Shown: one piece after another, positions 1 through 13,390 of the stretch
Layout: every line of letters starts with the position of its first letter
Numbering within the stretch: the stretch's first letter is position 1
Assembly: GCF_006345805.1 (NCBI RefSeq)
Contig: NC_043012.1
Coordinates: 14,136,001 to 14,200,000 of the forward strand
DNA: 64,000 nucleotides
Direction of reading: 5' to 3'
Origin: Octopus sinensis
Lineage: Eukaryota
Made by a program: the position numbers and the translations under genes
Notes under the pieces: model-generated
Databases searched by the model: none
Seen by the model: only the letters and a program-made list of their open reading frames with translations
Told to the model about the DNA's origin: nothing

Positions 1-730
1 TCAAATTAGAGGTTACCGACAACGTATGTATGATCATTGGAGAGAAAAGGGATTGTTTCAACTCACGGAACAGAGACTGTGTTATCAAACTAGAGCAATA
101 AGAAAAAATTGTTGTTTCACAGAAGTAGAGCTCGAAGCTATCAAAAGACGGGTCATGGAAAATAGCAGCGGAGATAACAATGAAAATACAGTTCTTACTA
201 ATAAGAGTAATCCCACAGCACAGGAATGGAGCAGGTGTAGTTTACTTGATGAGAGACATAGATGATCTAAAAGAAGACAATAAAACTAATGGTGACATGA
301 CAGATGAACAATTGGCAATCTACGACAGAAAAAGGTAAGAGTACAGGAGAACATTAGCGACATTATTTGCAAAGGTTGATTGATGGAAATTGAACCAAGA
401 AACGAAAAATGTCAATGAAATTCTTAAATACATCAGAACAAATAACATCACAGAAACAAATAATTTGATAAAGGCAGCAAGTATTGTTGTAGCAGAAAAC
501 GTGGGCGTTGATGTCAAGAAAAAGAAATATAGTGGGCGTGACAAAAGAAAAGATCCATGGTGGAAAAGAAGAATCCAGGCAGGGTTAGACATGATTTCGA
601 AGGAAATCTCTCTTTTAGAGCGAAAAGTGAAAGAGGAGCTGAAAAGCGAACAAAAATACAGGGCACTGAAAAGGAGGTATAATATTGAAAGAAAGGGCCT
701 GAAAGTAGTAGTGGAGGAACTGAAACTGAA
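1..730 (+). mobile_element. R4/Dong-clade non-LTR retrotransposon, N-terminal ORF fragment (frameshifted)
   Basis: ORF 390-962 begins with ...KDPWWKRRIQAGLDMISKEISLLER...YNIERKGLKVVVEELK, typical of the region upstream of RT in R4-clade ORFs. An inverted, highly similar copy lies at 48599-49174. Confidence 0.75.
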
Positions 731-829
731 TTCCTCTCAACACTATGGCTATGATGCTTCCCCAATACTTCTGCTTGTAATCAGTAATGCACATATCGTC
801 AGTCTTATTATTATTATTATTATTATTTT

Positions 830-883
<54 letters not shown>

Positions 884-934
884 GAGTAGTAGTATCTTTA
901 CTATTATCATCATCATCATCATCATCATCATCAT

Positions 935-1040
935 TAAGGTGGTGAGCTGGGAAAAATGCTGAGTGAATTTTTCGTCCGTCCTTACGTTCTGAGTTCAAAT
1001 TCTGCCGAGGTCTGCTTTGCTTTTCATCCTTTCGGATTTC
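935..1040 (+). mobile_element. tRNA-derived SINE family A, partial
   Basis: GGTGAGCTGG head, GAGTTCAAATTC B-box-like motif, then CCGAGGTC..CTTTGCTTTTCATCCTTTCGG, shared with many copies in the window. Confidence 0.8.
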
Positions 1041-1135
1041 ATATTAAAAGGTAATAATGAAAAAAACTGAGGTCGCTGTAGTCGATTAACGTCTTCTCTC
1101 TATCACTGATGAACTTGTACCAAAATTTCAAGCAA

Positions 1136-1167
<32 letters not shown>

Positions 1168-3003
1168 TTGTTGTGGTTGTTGTTACTATTGTTGCTACTG
1201 CTGCTATTCTTATTGTAGTTGTTGTTAGATATTATTAACATTGCTGTTCCGTTTTACTGGTTTATTTGGTCGTGATACGAAGGAATGGAACTAATTATAC
1301 TTCTGTTCCACTAGAATGAACTTGAGTGGCTTGTACAAGAATTTCATCATATTACAGATGTTAAAATTAACGTAAATTCAGAACAGAATTGCTTATGTGT
1401 GTGTGTATAAATAACAAAAGAAAAATGGATTGTCATAAATTTAGATTTATTCCCTCTTGTTACGTGTCTAAACATTGATTCTGTAATGTACAACCAAATA
1501 AATACCAATGCCACTCGTGTAAATCAAATCGGTTAGGCATAAACAACTGTCATTGCGTAGACAGTGAAATACCGGTTTCACTCCCTTTGGAATTTCAGCA
1601 GTAGCTACGTACCTGTCTATATATATATTTACGCAGAGATGTTGTTTACAGGGCAACTGTAATTTAGCGGTTCCATAATTTATGATTTATATCTTGTCGA
1701 CTGAATTTGCCAATAAAAATCACAACTAATAAAATTCTCCCGTCTTAATCTCTAACCTTGTCTTAGAAAACATACGAAAATTATTCCCTTGTACTTCACT
1801 GACAATATTTGACTGTAAATGTGTATGGTGTTCAAACTATGTCACAAGAACCCACTTAACATATGATTGCGTTGAAATTTTCTTCACGTTATTGATAATC
1901 TTAATAATAACGGAGAACCAAGTTTAAGAGGCATTTTATCATACATCTTGTTCAGATCAATTCTGAGTCAAAGCAGTAACAAGTTAATTGTACCTATCTA
2001 AAGAAGTCGTGCAGTTTCACAGTCATGAATATTTTGAACAATTTTTTCTTGGAATACAAAACACTGTAATAGAATGAACCAATCAAATTCCCAGGACCAT
2101 TTATTTGCAATCAGCACATACACAATGATGAACCCGCAAATCCATTCCAAAGCATACAGACACTGCCAAACCCATAGCAGCTATACGCTCAACATAAAAT
2201 CTTTCGTGTCATTACCTTTTGCACCTAGTTTTACCCTATTTTCCTGAGATAAGGTTTCTTTTTTTATATGATGTCATGAATTAACGAATCACTCTCAATT
2301 TTAGTTTGCGTTCAGTGCTTATAATAGTTGTTCAAAATCGCTCGGTTATCCTTACTTGAATCTACTTTAAGTCAAATTTAAGACGTAACAGTTTTTTTGG
2401 TTTTTTAGCTGAGTTGCAGCTGACGCAGCATATTTCCATCTATATCTCAGTTAGTTGTCTAGTTCTACATTGTTGTTATATAATAAAAAGATGTTTTCAG
2501 TAATAAATTGTCTTCTGAAAAACGATATAACAAATAAATATTTTCTCTCCGTTGTTTAAGAACATATCTCGTTTAAAGCTATCATTTAAAATAAATGTTA
2601 TATTTGTAACCCTTTGGCAAATGATAACAAAAGCTGTCTAAAGCTTGTATTATTTTCCTCTGTCATTCAGACTGAAACAGTATTTTAGATACACTGGCAT
2701 CTTTTCTTTTTGCCCGTCTCTTTCCTTTGACGATGATTATTTGCTACTGACATGAATAAATTTATTTTGTTAATGCAAAGTACCTCTTCTGAACCAACTT
2801 TAGATATGAGTTTCTATTCTTATTTTCTTTACTAGCATTTTTTTAAATCGCTAACGTGTAAGATCTAAAGAAAAATATTATATCGTTTTTTTACAGGAAA
2901 TCGTTTTTTGGAATGAAAAATAAGCACGCGCTTATATGCAATAGTCATTGCATATCAAAATGACAAGATGATGAATGAAAAAAACGCACACACATACACG
3001 TAC

Positions 3004-3048
<45 letters not shown>

Positions 3049-3089
3049 TGGATAGATGGATATGTATGTAAGTATGTATACATACATAT

Positions 3090-3146
<57 letters not shown>

Positions 3147-3599
3147 GACATCAGATTTCAATGTAACAAGTTCACTAAAATTTGCTATATATAAAATATG
3201 GTAAACTTCATCGAATTATAAATCATTCGGTTCCCTTGCATGGAACAATCAGTGCTCCAGATTCTAATTCCATCTCGTTATTTTTTTATTGCCTGCTTGT
3301 TATAATGGATTCCGTTTATTTTAACCTAACAAAGATATACCACGTCCTCTCCACCCACCACAGATTCACAGATTATCTTCTTAAACTTGACAATCAAATC
3401 TTGCGTGAAACACTTTCTTACTATCCTCCCAAGTAATGCTGTCTTTTGAAATATTCCAATGATCACAAGTTATTTATCTGCAGCAGTCCAAGCTCAATAT
3501 CAGCATTGACATGATAGGAATAGCTGAAAAATTACAAACTTTGTATCTGGGCTCCCACAAAATAAGTCATTCCCGCCTCTATGCAATCATATTATTGAA

Positions 3600-5225
3600 T
3601 AATACTGAATAATTAATATTTATTTAGTTTCCAAGACTTCTTCCATATCATCCGATAAATGAAGGAAGAACAGTCATTCCGTAAATGGACACAGCGATAT
3701 GAGAGCGATATGAGATCTATCCACCTCAAAAATACAGACTGTTTTTACCTGTTGCTACTTCCCCATATTGTCAAAGAATCTACGTCCGTCATTTGTGAAT
3801 CTCAAATGATTTGCAAGAAAAGTGTTCATAACAGACTCTGTAACATGTCTTCATGAACTCTTACAGCAAAATGATCACTCTAAACAGACTCTGGAAAACG
3901 AAGTGGTCACCTCCAATGCAAGTTAGATAAGACAGCTGTTTTCTACAATAGAGATTGCATATCAAATTGGCAAACATCCACATCTACTTTCGCATGAATA
4001 CAAAAACAATCAGTCAGTAGTCAGTTTGGACCCAATTGAAATAGAGAATGACAAAATGTACTTGGAATTTTACCCCGTCATCTAAAATCAAGCTCGTCAT
4101 GCCTTCTTCAGTTCAGTTACTATATAGCACATTAATTTAATGTGAGACACCAGAACTTATTCAAGAAATGGAAGTAGCACATGAAATTTTCTAGAAAAGA
4201 ATTTACGATATTTAACCACATCATGCAAAGAACAGAAAATTGCAAAAGAGCATATCTGTATAAATGTATCCGGTGGCCCTTGCAAGAATCTTCTGCTTGT
4301 AAGAATCTCCTGATTGATTCAAATGTCAATACCGCAACGCCTTTGGTTGGATGAAAAACTACACACACAAGGCTACAGTTACTTCTAGATCTACACCCTG
4401 TTCATAAACAATCTCTGTGCAGCATCAGGAAGAACAGATCTAAAAGCAATCTCCGGCAATGGAGCATGTTGATCATCTACGATGAAGCAGGTACACACCA
4501 CAAACGAGCAGCTAAGCCGCGGAAAAGTGAATGCAGGATCCAGGGAACAACACATGGGAATTGTGAGGAGTAGCTAACAGGCTTGTTGATGATTTCAGAC
4601 AAATCCTGCTCGTAATTCCTCGAGCGGTCTAAGTCAATGCGGTCAATGCCACTCTTAAAACTTCCAATCTTCGGCCCTATGTTCAATGAACGCAACTTAG
4701 GACCAGCATGCGAGTATGTTTGAAGATGCAGTTTTCACGTTTGTCACTCAACAACTTCAAAGGGATTTCAGCAACCAAATTCAATCGCTACCAGTATATA
4801 TCATTGAAACAGAATTAAAAATATTTGCCAGGGTCTCTCCTAAAATTCACGCCGGGTAATGGGATCTCATATGGCTATACGAATGAGAAATCATAGCAAC
4901 GAAAAATGTTACAGTGAGAGAAATCAACGGGTCACTGGACATAACTAGCTAGAATAGATGCAACAATTCAATAGAGCCACTTTCGAATTGTAAGTTATCG
5001 TACCAAATTCCTGAAAAACCTGGGGAACTTTCCAAGCAACCTGCTGCTGAAATTTGAAACATTGATGTTTACAAAACACTGCAACACAGCAATGGCACAA
5101 AACCCACAGTCAAATATATGATACCTCTTGTCCTGGAGATAACAATTTTATCAGGAATTGTCGATGGCAGTTATTTCATACTGAAAATAGCAGTGTTAGT
5201 TTCCTGTCAAACAGTTTTGAAACGG
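3600..5225 (+). pseudogene. Decayed Helitron Rep/Pif1-helicase coding relic
   Basis: Manual translation gives colinear motifs: CFYLLLL..VK.STS (~3740), IRQLF, SNVNTATPLVG*KTTHTR.QL.LDL, LIIYDEA..HK (4469-4489, Walker B), DFRQIL.VIP (4591), L.TSMRV, IIATKN..VREIN, SNGTKPTVK and LEITILSG (~5090-5160). Many stops and frameshifts. Confidence 0.8.
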
Positions 5226-5233
5226 TCATCAAC

Positions 5234-5620
5234 AAGTAGCTTGCTTACTAACCACATGATTCCGGGTTCAGAGCTACTGCGTGGCACCTTGGGCAAGTGC
5301 TTTCTACTATAGCCTCGGGCTGACCAAAGCCCCGTGAGTGGATTAGATGGAAACTAAAAAAGCCCGTTGTATATATGTGTATACATCTATATGTATGTGT
5401 GTGTGTGTGTGCGTGCATGTGTGTGTGTACATATTTGTTTGTGCGTCTGTATTTGTTCCCCAATATTGCTTGACAACCGATGCTGGTGAATTTATGTCCC
5501 CGTAACTTAGCGGTTCGGCAAAAGAACCGACAGAAAAGGTACCAGGCTCACAATGAATAAGTCCTAAAGGCGGTGCTCCAGCATGGCAGCAGTCAAATGG
5601 TTGAAAGAAATAAAAGAATA
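5234..5620 (+). mobile_element. tRNA-derived SINE family B (~400 bp, internal microsatellite)
   Basis: GGTTCAG B-box-like head, GGCACCTTGGGCAAGTG, internal (TG)n, tail GGCGGTGCTCCAGCATGGC..AGTCAAATG. More than 10 homologues in the window. Confidence 0.9.
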
Positions 5621-5641
5621 ATTGAATATATTAACGAGATA

Positions 5642-5673
<32 letters not shown>

Positions 5674-5702
5674 TATATATATATAGATATATATATATAT
5701 AT

Positions 5703-5735
<33 letters not shown>

Positions 5736-6087
5736 AATACACTTGTGTGTGTATTCTAACTCAATGTGTGACTGTTAGAAATGGAACATAGTCTCATTAT
5801 ATAATCACAGACAATAAAAAATCTACTCTCTTCAGAAATACTAGAATTGCCATATATGGTGTTTTTAAAAGAGCTATGATAGTAGATAAATTTCAGTTGG
5901 GGAAAATAATACAATAAAAAGGAATAAATTGAATAAAATAAAAAATTAAAATAAAGATTATTTTATAGATTTGTATTCTAAAAATTTCACTGATCATTCC
6001 ATAGTACTTATATGAATAAATCATATGAATAAAGACTAGGGAATAATATGAAGAAATGAAGAAACAAATATATAAAATGAAATAGTA

Positions 6088-6494
6088 GGCGTAGGAGTGG
6101 CTGTGTGGTAAGCAGCTTGCTTACCAACCACATGGTTCCGGGTTCACTCCCACTGCATGGCACCAGAGGTTATGTGTCCTCTACTATAGCCTCAGACCGA
6201 CCAAAGCCTTATGAGTGGATTTGGTAGACGGAAACTGAAAGAAGCCCGTCGTACATATGTATATGTATATATGTATGTGTGTGTATATGTTTGTGTATCT
6301 GTATTCGTCCCCTTCAACATCGCTTGACAACCGATGCTGGTGTGTTTACATCCCCGTAAGTTAGCGGTTATACATAAGATACCGATAGAATAAGTGCTAG
6401 GCTTACAAAGAATAAGTCCTGGTGTCGATTTGCTCAACTAAAGGCGGTGCTCCAGCATAGCCGCAGTTAAATGACTGAAACAAGTAAAAGAGTA
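6088..6494 (+). mobile_element. SINE family B, near full length
   Basis: Starts GGCGTAGGAGTGGCTGTGTGGTAAG and ends GAAACAAGTAAAAGAGTA. Confidence 0.92.
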
Positions 6495-6824
6495 TATGGA
6501 CAACAAGCTTAAAAGCCCCCTATCGGGTTTCTTTTAAGCTAGCTATGTGCAGGGCTCTTCACTAGGCCTTGGCCCAAGAATTACACTTCATGCATTGAGT
6601 ACATATTAAACTTTATTAAATTTTATTAAGCAATGAGCAATGTTTATCAATAGAATATGATTTGTCGGCTTTGAACTTATGGCAAAGCTGCATGATAAAC
6701 ATTTTTCGTCTTCACATTAAGGGATCAGTAAATTCTTTTTCTTACCTCTCTCTCTCTCTCTCTCTCTTTCTGTTGATTGTTTTCAACCATCACCAGAATC
6801 CCCACCATCGCCACCGCAACTGCC

Positions 6825-7250
6825 ATACAAACACTAGGATTTTCGTGCAAAAGTTGGTTTAATCGCTCTTCATCGAACTCAACTGGACGGCCAGAAAGAG
6901 GTACGTCTTGGAGGTCAAAATTTCCATTTTTGAATTTGGCATACCAATCACGAGTGGTTCTTTCAGGTATGGCACCCTCTCCATACACAGCACAAATGTC
7001 GCGAGCGACTTTTGAGGCCTTAGAACCTTGATTAAAAGCAAAAAGAAGGAGGTATCGAAAATGCTCGTTTTTCTTAACTTGACATTCCAATTTAATGGTC
7101 TGAAAATTAACTAAAATTAACTAGAAAAAAAAAAAGATTCCAAGATGATTCAAAAATAGAATTCTCGTAAAAAATAGATTCCGAAATTTAAAAACGCAAT
7201 AAATTCCAAAATTTTAAAAATCGGCGGGATCTTAGTTGCCAAGCCAATAA
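6825..7250 (-). mobile_element. mariner transposon 5' fragment (TIR plus transposase HTH N-terminus)
   Basis: ORF 6725-7090: KNEHFRYLLLFAF..G.KAS..ARDICAVYGEGAI.ERT.RDWYAKFKNGNFDL.D.P.SGRP. A mariner-type TIR (TTATTGGCTTGGCAACTAAG on the minus strand) is at ~7230-7250. Truncated after HENP. Confidence 0.92.
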
Positions 7251-7736
7251 TTAGATAGGGTAAACTTACAGAGGTTGACTAGTAATCGTAATATAAATAG
7301 TGTATTTACGTTAAAGATAATACGTTAATTCTTAATATTATGTAGGAAGACCATATGGTACATATGTGGACATCGCGTTATTATATCCTTTCGTTAGTTA
7401 ATGAGCATTGATTTGTATTTAATTATTTTATGAGTCTCAGTTATATGCATCATACATAGAAAAATATGTACTGAAGAAAAAGTAGGAGCTCCTGCAATAT
7501 GCAATGCGCCAGTTACCTACTTCTAACATCGATAGCCTTGTTTATGTAGACGTATTCGTATACGAGACATCGTAACTATCAGTCCTGGCTCTAGTTTCAA
7601 TGGAAAATCTGTAGAGATGACTATAAAAAGTTATTGATTTGTACTGCTAGCACAAGTACTGTGCACATAGTTGGTTCTATAATATAGATGCATAACGAAA
7701 TACCCTGTTCCTGTTACCAATTAATGTGTGTTTGCG

Positions 7737-7784
<48 letters not shown>

Positions 7785-8273
7785 TGTATGTGTATGTATG
7801 TATGTACGTATGTATGTATGAAATAATCTTCTTGCAATGCAAAAAAGTTAATATATTCTCATATTCTTTTCAGAACATTATTACTTTAAGCAATTGTTGA
7901 ACAACTTGTATTGTAAACACATAATGTCTGCAATACTTGAATCCTGTAGACACATAATGACAAATATGTCAGCTGCTACGTTTAGGTATTTTTTCTTTCT
8001 GATTACTTTATATTAAATCACATAATCTAATACATATTTCTGTTAAAAAGACGATAAAACGTGATTTGGGAACAACTTGGGAGATCAATACGTCACTGAC
8101 ATTATAAAAGCTGTAACGCTGCTTGTATTAATTACTGTAAAACCTATATTTTTGATGTGATTATTCTGAATTTAAAACATCAAAGTCTCCATAGAAACGT
8201 TTTCTTTCGTATTTCAGTGACGTCATCGGGTGTTTGCAACAGAAAATCCGGAATCGGGAAAACAGGATCGACT

Positions 8274-8509
8274 TACTCTTTTACTTGTTTCAGTCTTTTG
8301 ACTGTGGCCATGCTGGAGCACCGCTTTTTAGTCGAGCAAATCGACCCCAGGACTTATTCTTTGTAAGGCTACTACTTATTCTATCGTTCTCTTTTGCCGA
8401 ACCGCTTAGTTACGGAGACGTAAACACGCCAGCATCGGTTGTCAAGCGATGTTGTGGGGACAAACACAGACACACAAACATATACACACACACATACATA
8501 TATATATGT

Positions 8510-8556
<47 letters not shown>

Positions 8557-8752
8557 ATATATATTATATATATATATATACACACACACAATGGGCTTCT
8601 TTCAGATTCCGTCTACTAAATCCACTCACAAGGCTTTGGTGGATCTGAGGCTATAATAGAAGACACTTGCCCAAGGTGCCACGCAGTGTGACTGAACCCG
8701 GAACCATGTGGTTGGTACGCAAGCTACTTACCACACAGCCACTCCTAAGCCT
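8274..8752 (-). mobile_element. SINE family B, full length, internal (TA)n expansion
   Basis: Reverse complement of the family B head and tail. Confidence 0.92.
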
Positions 8753-9065
8753 ATGTCAACATTTCATCTAATTTGATTGTCAAACCTATGTAAAGCTTTG
8801 CTGTGATATACGTTTCTTCCGGATATTTTGAAATGTTAAGTTTGTGATCCGAAATATCCAGTCAGATGAATCCAGGTTCACTACCGCTGCGTGGCACCTT
8901 GGACAAGTGTCTTCTACTATAGTCCCAAGCCGACTAAAACCTTGAAATTAGATTTCATAGAAGGAAACTGAAAGAAGCTCATCATATAGGTTTATTGCTA
9001 TACATTTATACAGGCATTCATGAATACACACACACATACAGATATTGTGTATGTATGTATGTATA

Positions 9066-9363
9066 TCACGTCACGTGACCGACCAGGCTATCAGATGTTG
9101 CTACACATCGCTGGTCACAATGCGCTTCGTATTGTTTTAGCCTTCAAATGACGCCACCCCGCTGGCTAAGCGAGCAGGCCAACAGAAGAGTGAGAGAGAG
9201 AAAGTTGCGGTGAAAGAGTACAGCAGGGATCGCCACCACCCCCTGCTGGAGCATCGTGGAGCTTTAGATGTTTTTGCTCAATTAACACTCACAACGCCCG
9301 GTCTCGGAATCGAAACCGCGATCCTACGACCACGATTCCGCTGCCCTACCCACTGGGGCTCCA
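9066..9363 (-). mobile_element. tRNA-derived SINE family C (tail type 1)
   Basis: Minus-strand head with GGTTTCGATTCC B-box. The body is shared with 9654-9975, and the 3' tail contains a GTGACC..GGTCAC stem-loop. Confidence 0.85.
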
Positions 9364-9371
9364 CATGTATG

Positions 9372-9420
<49 letters not shown>

Positions 9421-9424
<4 letters not shown>

Positions 9425-9614
9425 AAAAGGAAAGAATGACTTCACTGATAATTGTAATCAGTTTAATTTATCATGTTTTAATTTTTTAATATAAATTCTA
9501 CACTTTAGTTCGTAGATCTACGAACTAAAATGTAAAATTTATATTATTAAAAAATTAAAACAAGAAATGAAACTGATTACAATTACCAGTGCAGTGACTC
9601 TATTTCGTTTTTCA
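9421..9614. repeat. ~190-bp AT-rich palindrome (MITE-like foldback); second copy 10025-10215
   Basis: Centre TAGTTCGTAGATCTACGAACTA (9516/9517). Arms include ATTGTAATCAGTTT / AAACTGATTACAAT. Confidence 0.9.
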
Positions 9615-9653
9615 AATATACCTAACTGTACCGAGGATCTCACATATATATGT

Positions 9654-9975
9654 GGAGGCGCAATGGCCCAGGGGTAAGGGCAGGGGACTCGCGGTCGGAG
9701 GATCGCGGTTTCGATTTCCAGACCGGGCGTTGTGTGTGTTTATTGAGCGAAAACACCTAGAAGCTACACGAGGCTCTGACAGGGGGAGGGGGTGACCCCT
9801 GTTGTACTCTTTCGCCACAAATTTCTCTCATTCTCTCCTCATGTTTCTTGAGTAACGCTGCGATGCAATGGCGTCCCGTCCAGCTGGGGGGAGGGAGAGA
9901 ACACATACACCACAGAAACCGGGAAACCGGGCCCATGGCCTGGCTAGGCTTGAAAAAGGCGAGATTATTCATTAT
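9654..9975 (+). mobile_element. SINE family C (tail type 2); duplicate at 10256-10580
   Basis: GGAGGCGCAATGGCCCAG A-box-like head, GGTTTCGATTTCC B-box, tail CAGAAACCGGGAAACCGGGCCC followed by (ATT)n. Confidence 0.85.
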
Positions 9976-10591
9976 TATTATACATATGTATATATATATA
10001 TATATATTATATATATATATATATGAAAAAAAGGAAAGAAGAATGACTTCACTGATAATTGTAATCAGTTTAATTTATCATGTTTTAATTTTTTAATATA
10101 AATTCTACACTTTAGTTCGTAGATCTACGAACTAAAATGTAAAATTTATATTATTAAAAATTAAAACAAGAAATGAAACTGATTACAATACCAGTGCAGT
10201 GACTCTATTTCGTTTTTCAAATATACCTAACTGTACCGAGGATCTCACATATATATGTGGAGGCGCAATGGCCCAGGGGTAAGGGCAGGGGACTCGCGGT
10301 CGGAGGATCGCGGTTTCGATTTCCAGACCGGGCGTGTGTGTGTTTATTGAGCGAAAACACCTAGAAGCTACACGAGGCTCTGACAGGGGGAGGGGGTGAC
10401 CCCTGTTGTACTCTTCGCCACAATTTCTCTCATTCTCTCCTCATGTTTCTTGAGTAACGCTGCGATGCAATGGCGTCCCGTCCAGCTGGGGGGAGGGAGA
10501 GAACACATACACCACAGAAACCGGGAAACCGGGCCCATGGGCCTGGCTAGGCTTGAAAAAGGCGAGATTATTCATTATTATTATACATATG

Positions 10592-10630
<39 letters not shown>

Positions 10631-11654
10631 GACTTTATGTGTATATAACTGTGTGTGCATCTTTGTGCTAGTGCCCCCACCCCACCCCAACTATCGCTTG
10701 CCAACAGATGTCAGTTGGTTTACGACCCCGTTATTGAGCGGTTCAGCAAATCAAACCAATGGAATAAGTACCGCCGAGCTTCAGTAAATATACAGGAGTC
10801 GATTAATTCGATGAAAGTCATTTAAGGCATTGCCACAGCATGGCCGCACTTTAATTGCCGAAACAAGAAAGAAGATGAGTGATAAAAGATATCGTTATTA
10901 TTGCTCTGTTACGTTGTTATATTACTCTCATCGTTATTCTGTGCTTGTATTTATACGTCAATGCATTCAATAAACTTACAGATTTACGACAAAGTATTGA
11001 TTTGCCTTGATAGCAAATAAAAACACATTATTTCCTCTGACCTCATAGTTTGTGAAATGATCTTTTATTAATGGCTTGGAGGAAGAAAATCAGCGCACGT
11101 CACACATAGCATGCTGCAGTTGTATTTAGCGCACATCACACACGGCATGCTGAAATTGTAATTAGCGCGTAATGATATCGATTTAATTTCAGAGCCAAGA
11201 CTTGCTCTGAATGTTTTGAAGCAAAGTAAACTATTACGATAAATAAAGTATGGACCATACGTGTACTTGTGTCTGTGTTTGGAATGCGTGTGTATATTTG
11301 CTTACTTGTTTGTATTTTTTTTTTGAGTAAGCCGTGTTGCTAATAGCAAATGTGATATAAAACACACGATTACACAAGGAAAAGAGTGATTCACCTCAAT
11401 AGACGTCATTAATTGGTTTGAAATTGCCGAAATGCTAGAAATTAAACAACAAATATCTTACAAACTACAAAATTTTATCAAGAAAGCCAAGAGAAAAAGA
11501 TGTATTATGTAACACATTCTACCAGTATATGAAGTTTAAAAGTGTTTAGTTACAAAGAAATTATTTTAAAATATCTGCCGGTCAAAGTGAAAAGATCTTG
11601 TTATTTCTAACAACTTGTCATTGTTTGGTGTAATGGAGATAAATAATGACTATA

Positions 11655-11874
11655 CAGTAATCTCTCGACTATCGCAGGTGTTACGTTCCCAAAATTCCCG
11701 CGATAGGTGAAAATCTGCGAAGTAGAAACAGTACTGTATATTTTTTTTTTTAATATTTTTATAATTTGTATATATCTATTTTATTATAAATGCAAAACAA
11801 CAATACGGAGGAATCGACGTACGCTTAAATAATAAACCGCGATAGGTGAACTGCGATAAGGCGAAGGATTATTG
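11655..11874. mobile_element. pogo/Tigger-type MITE
   Basis: TA-CAGTAATCTCTCGACTATCGC ... GCGATAAGGCGAAGGATTATTG-TA: imperfect TIRs with a TA target duplication. Confidence 0.8.
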
Positions 11875-12792
11875 TATAACTTTGCGCTGATGTCGCACCA
11901 TAGCCAATGAGCCGGGGGTTATTGTTAGATGAAAATTATACTTTATAAATAACGGTAAAACATTACCGGATATTTTTAATAAGTAAGAAAAGATTGAATT
12001 AAATACTTATACTTTATATATCTTCTTCTTTGGTCTCTCATTTAAAATTCTGTTCCGCCAACATTCCTCTAGAAATATTTATCTCACTTGCAATAACTAG
12101 CCACCAAGTAACACCACGTGATTCAAATACATACTCATAATCTTCCGGAGCCATAATCTCTTTTCAATCATGATGTAGATGCATATGAGATTTAGCTCCT
12201 ATTTCTAGCTGGTTGAAGCACGTTTCACTCCTCACAAATACTATGTTAATTCCAGTGACGGTTACTGTCATCATAAATTTGTTTTAAAAGTTTTTGCTAT
12301 GAAGCAGACGCATCTATGTCCTTTAGTTTTGTATCATTACGATATTATTAAATACAATTCATGCTTCGTGTAATATAAAATTGCTCATGGAAAAAACGTT
12401 CAATTTTATCGTGTAACTGTAAATCCACTCTTCGTCGAAATTTTCACTAAAACCGCAATCGTTTCCGATAACCTAGACAAATGACGGTCATTAGCTACTT
12501 CTTTATACCTCATGGTAAACAACACGAGCTTATCAATACAAGAATACATTATCTAATCACATACTTGAATAATCTTTTGCAGTCATAAGCATTAGCGTTT
12601 CCAAGCATGATACAGCTGTTTTCTTTGCAAATAAAATAGCTGTTATTATGTCGTCTGATATAACTGAAAGTATCTGTCTTTTTTGATTGATCGCTGATAG
12701 CAATTGTGTAAATTGATGGTTTGTCTTTCTTCATTGAGTGTTCTCTTGCAGACATAGTTCATGCTTGTGTCTGAGTGACATATAGAGAAGAA

Positions 12793-12843
<51 letters not shown>

Positions 12844-13390
12844 GTATAAATGTACGTATGTACGTGCGTTTATATATGAACGTGTTTACTTAGAGATATT
12901 GATCGATTGATATATAAAAACAAAATGTACAACCAGTGAGAGTAACTGTATAGTAACGACATAAAAATATCAATCCATCTTAGAAGCTTGAAACTTTATG
13001 CCGAAGAACAGTAAATAGTCTTTATACATGTGTCTGTGTGTCTGTGTCTGTGTGTGTGTGTGTGTATTTCGACGTGTTAATAAGTGTGAATGTATTTTAT
13101 TTTAATGTTGAACCTTTCGTATTCTGTAACAACATGATTAGTAACGAAACAAATTAATATAACAGAATTTATATGACGGATGAAGAGATCAAAAATGCTT
13201 AAGTAAACTCTCGGCACTACACGTATCGCTATTCAGCTTACAGAATGAATGTTCGTGAGTTGGAGAACGAATACATAAACAGAGATATAAATAATATAAC
13301 CTACATTGAGGATAGGCGTAAAAAATGGCTCCGTTCATTTAAGTAATTTTATCATATCATTAGTATTTCGATCATATTACTATTTCATAG

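Larger units (their letters stand above)
9421..10620. repeat. 604-bp tandem duplication (two units, each a palindrome plus a SINE C), bounded by (TA)n
   Basis: GAAAAAAAGGAAAG starts at 9421 and 10025. The units differ mainly by short indels. Confidence 0.95.

Noticed and set aside
11092-11170. 36-bp-period repeat (about 2 copies)
   Set aside because: An ordinary short tandem duplication with no further structure.
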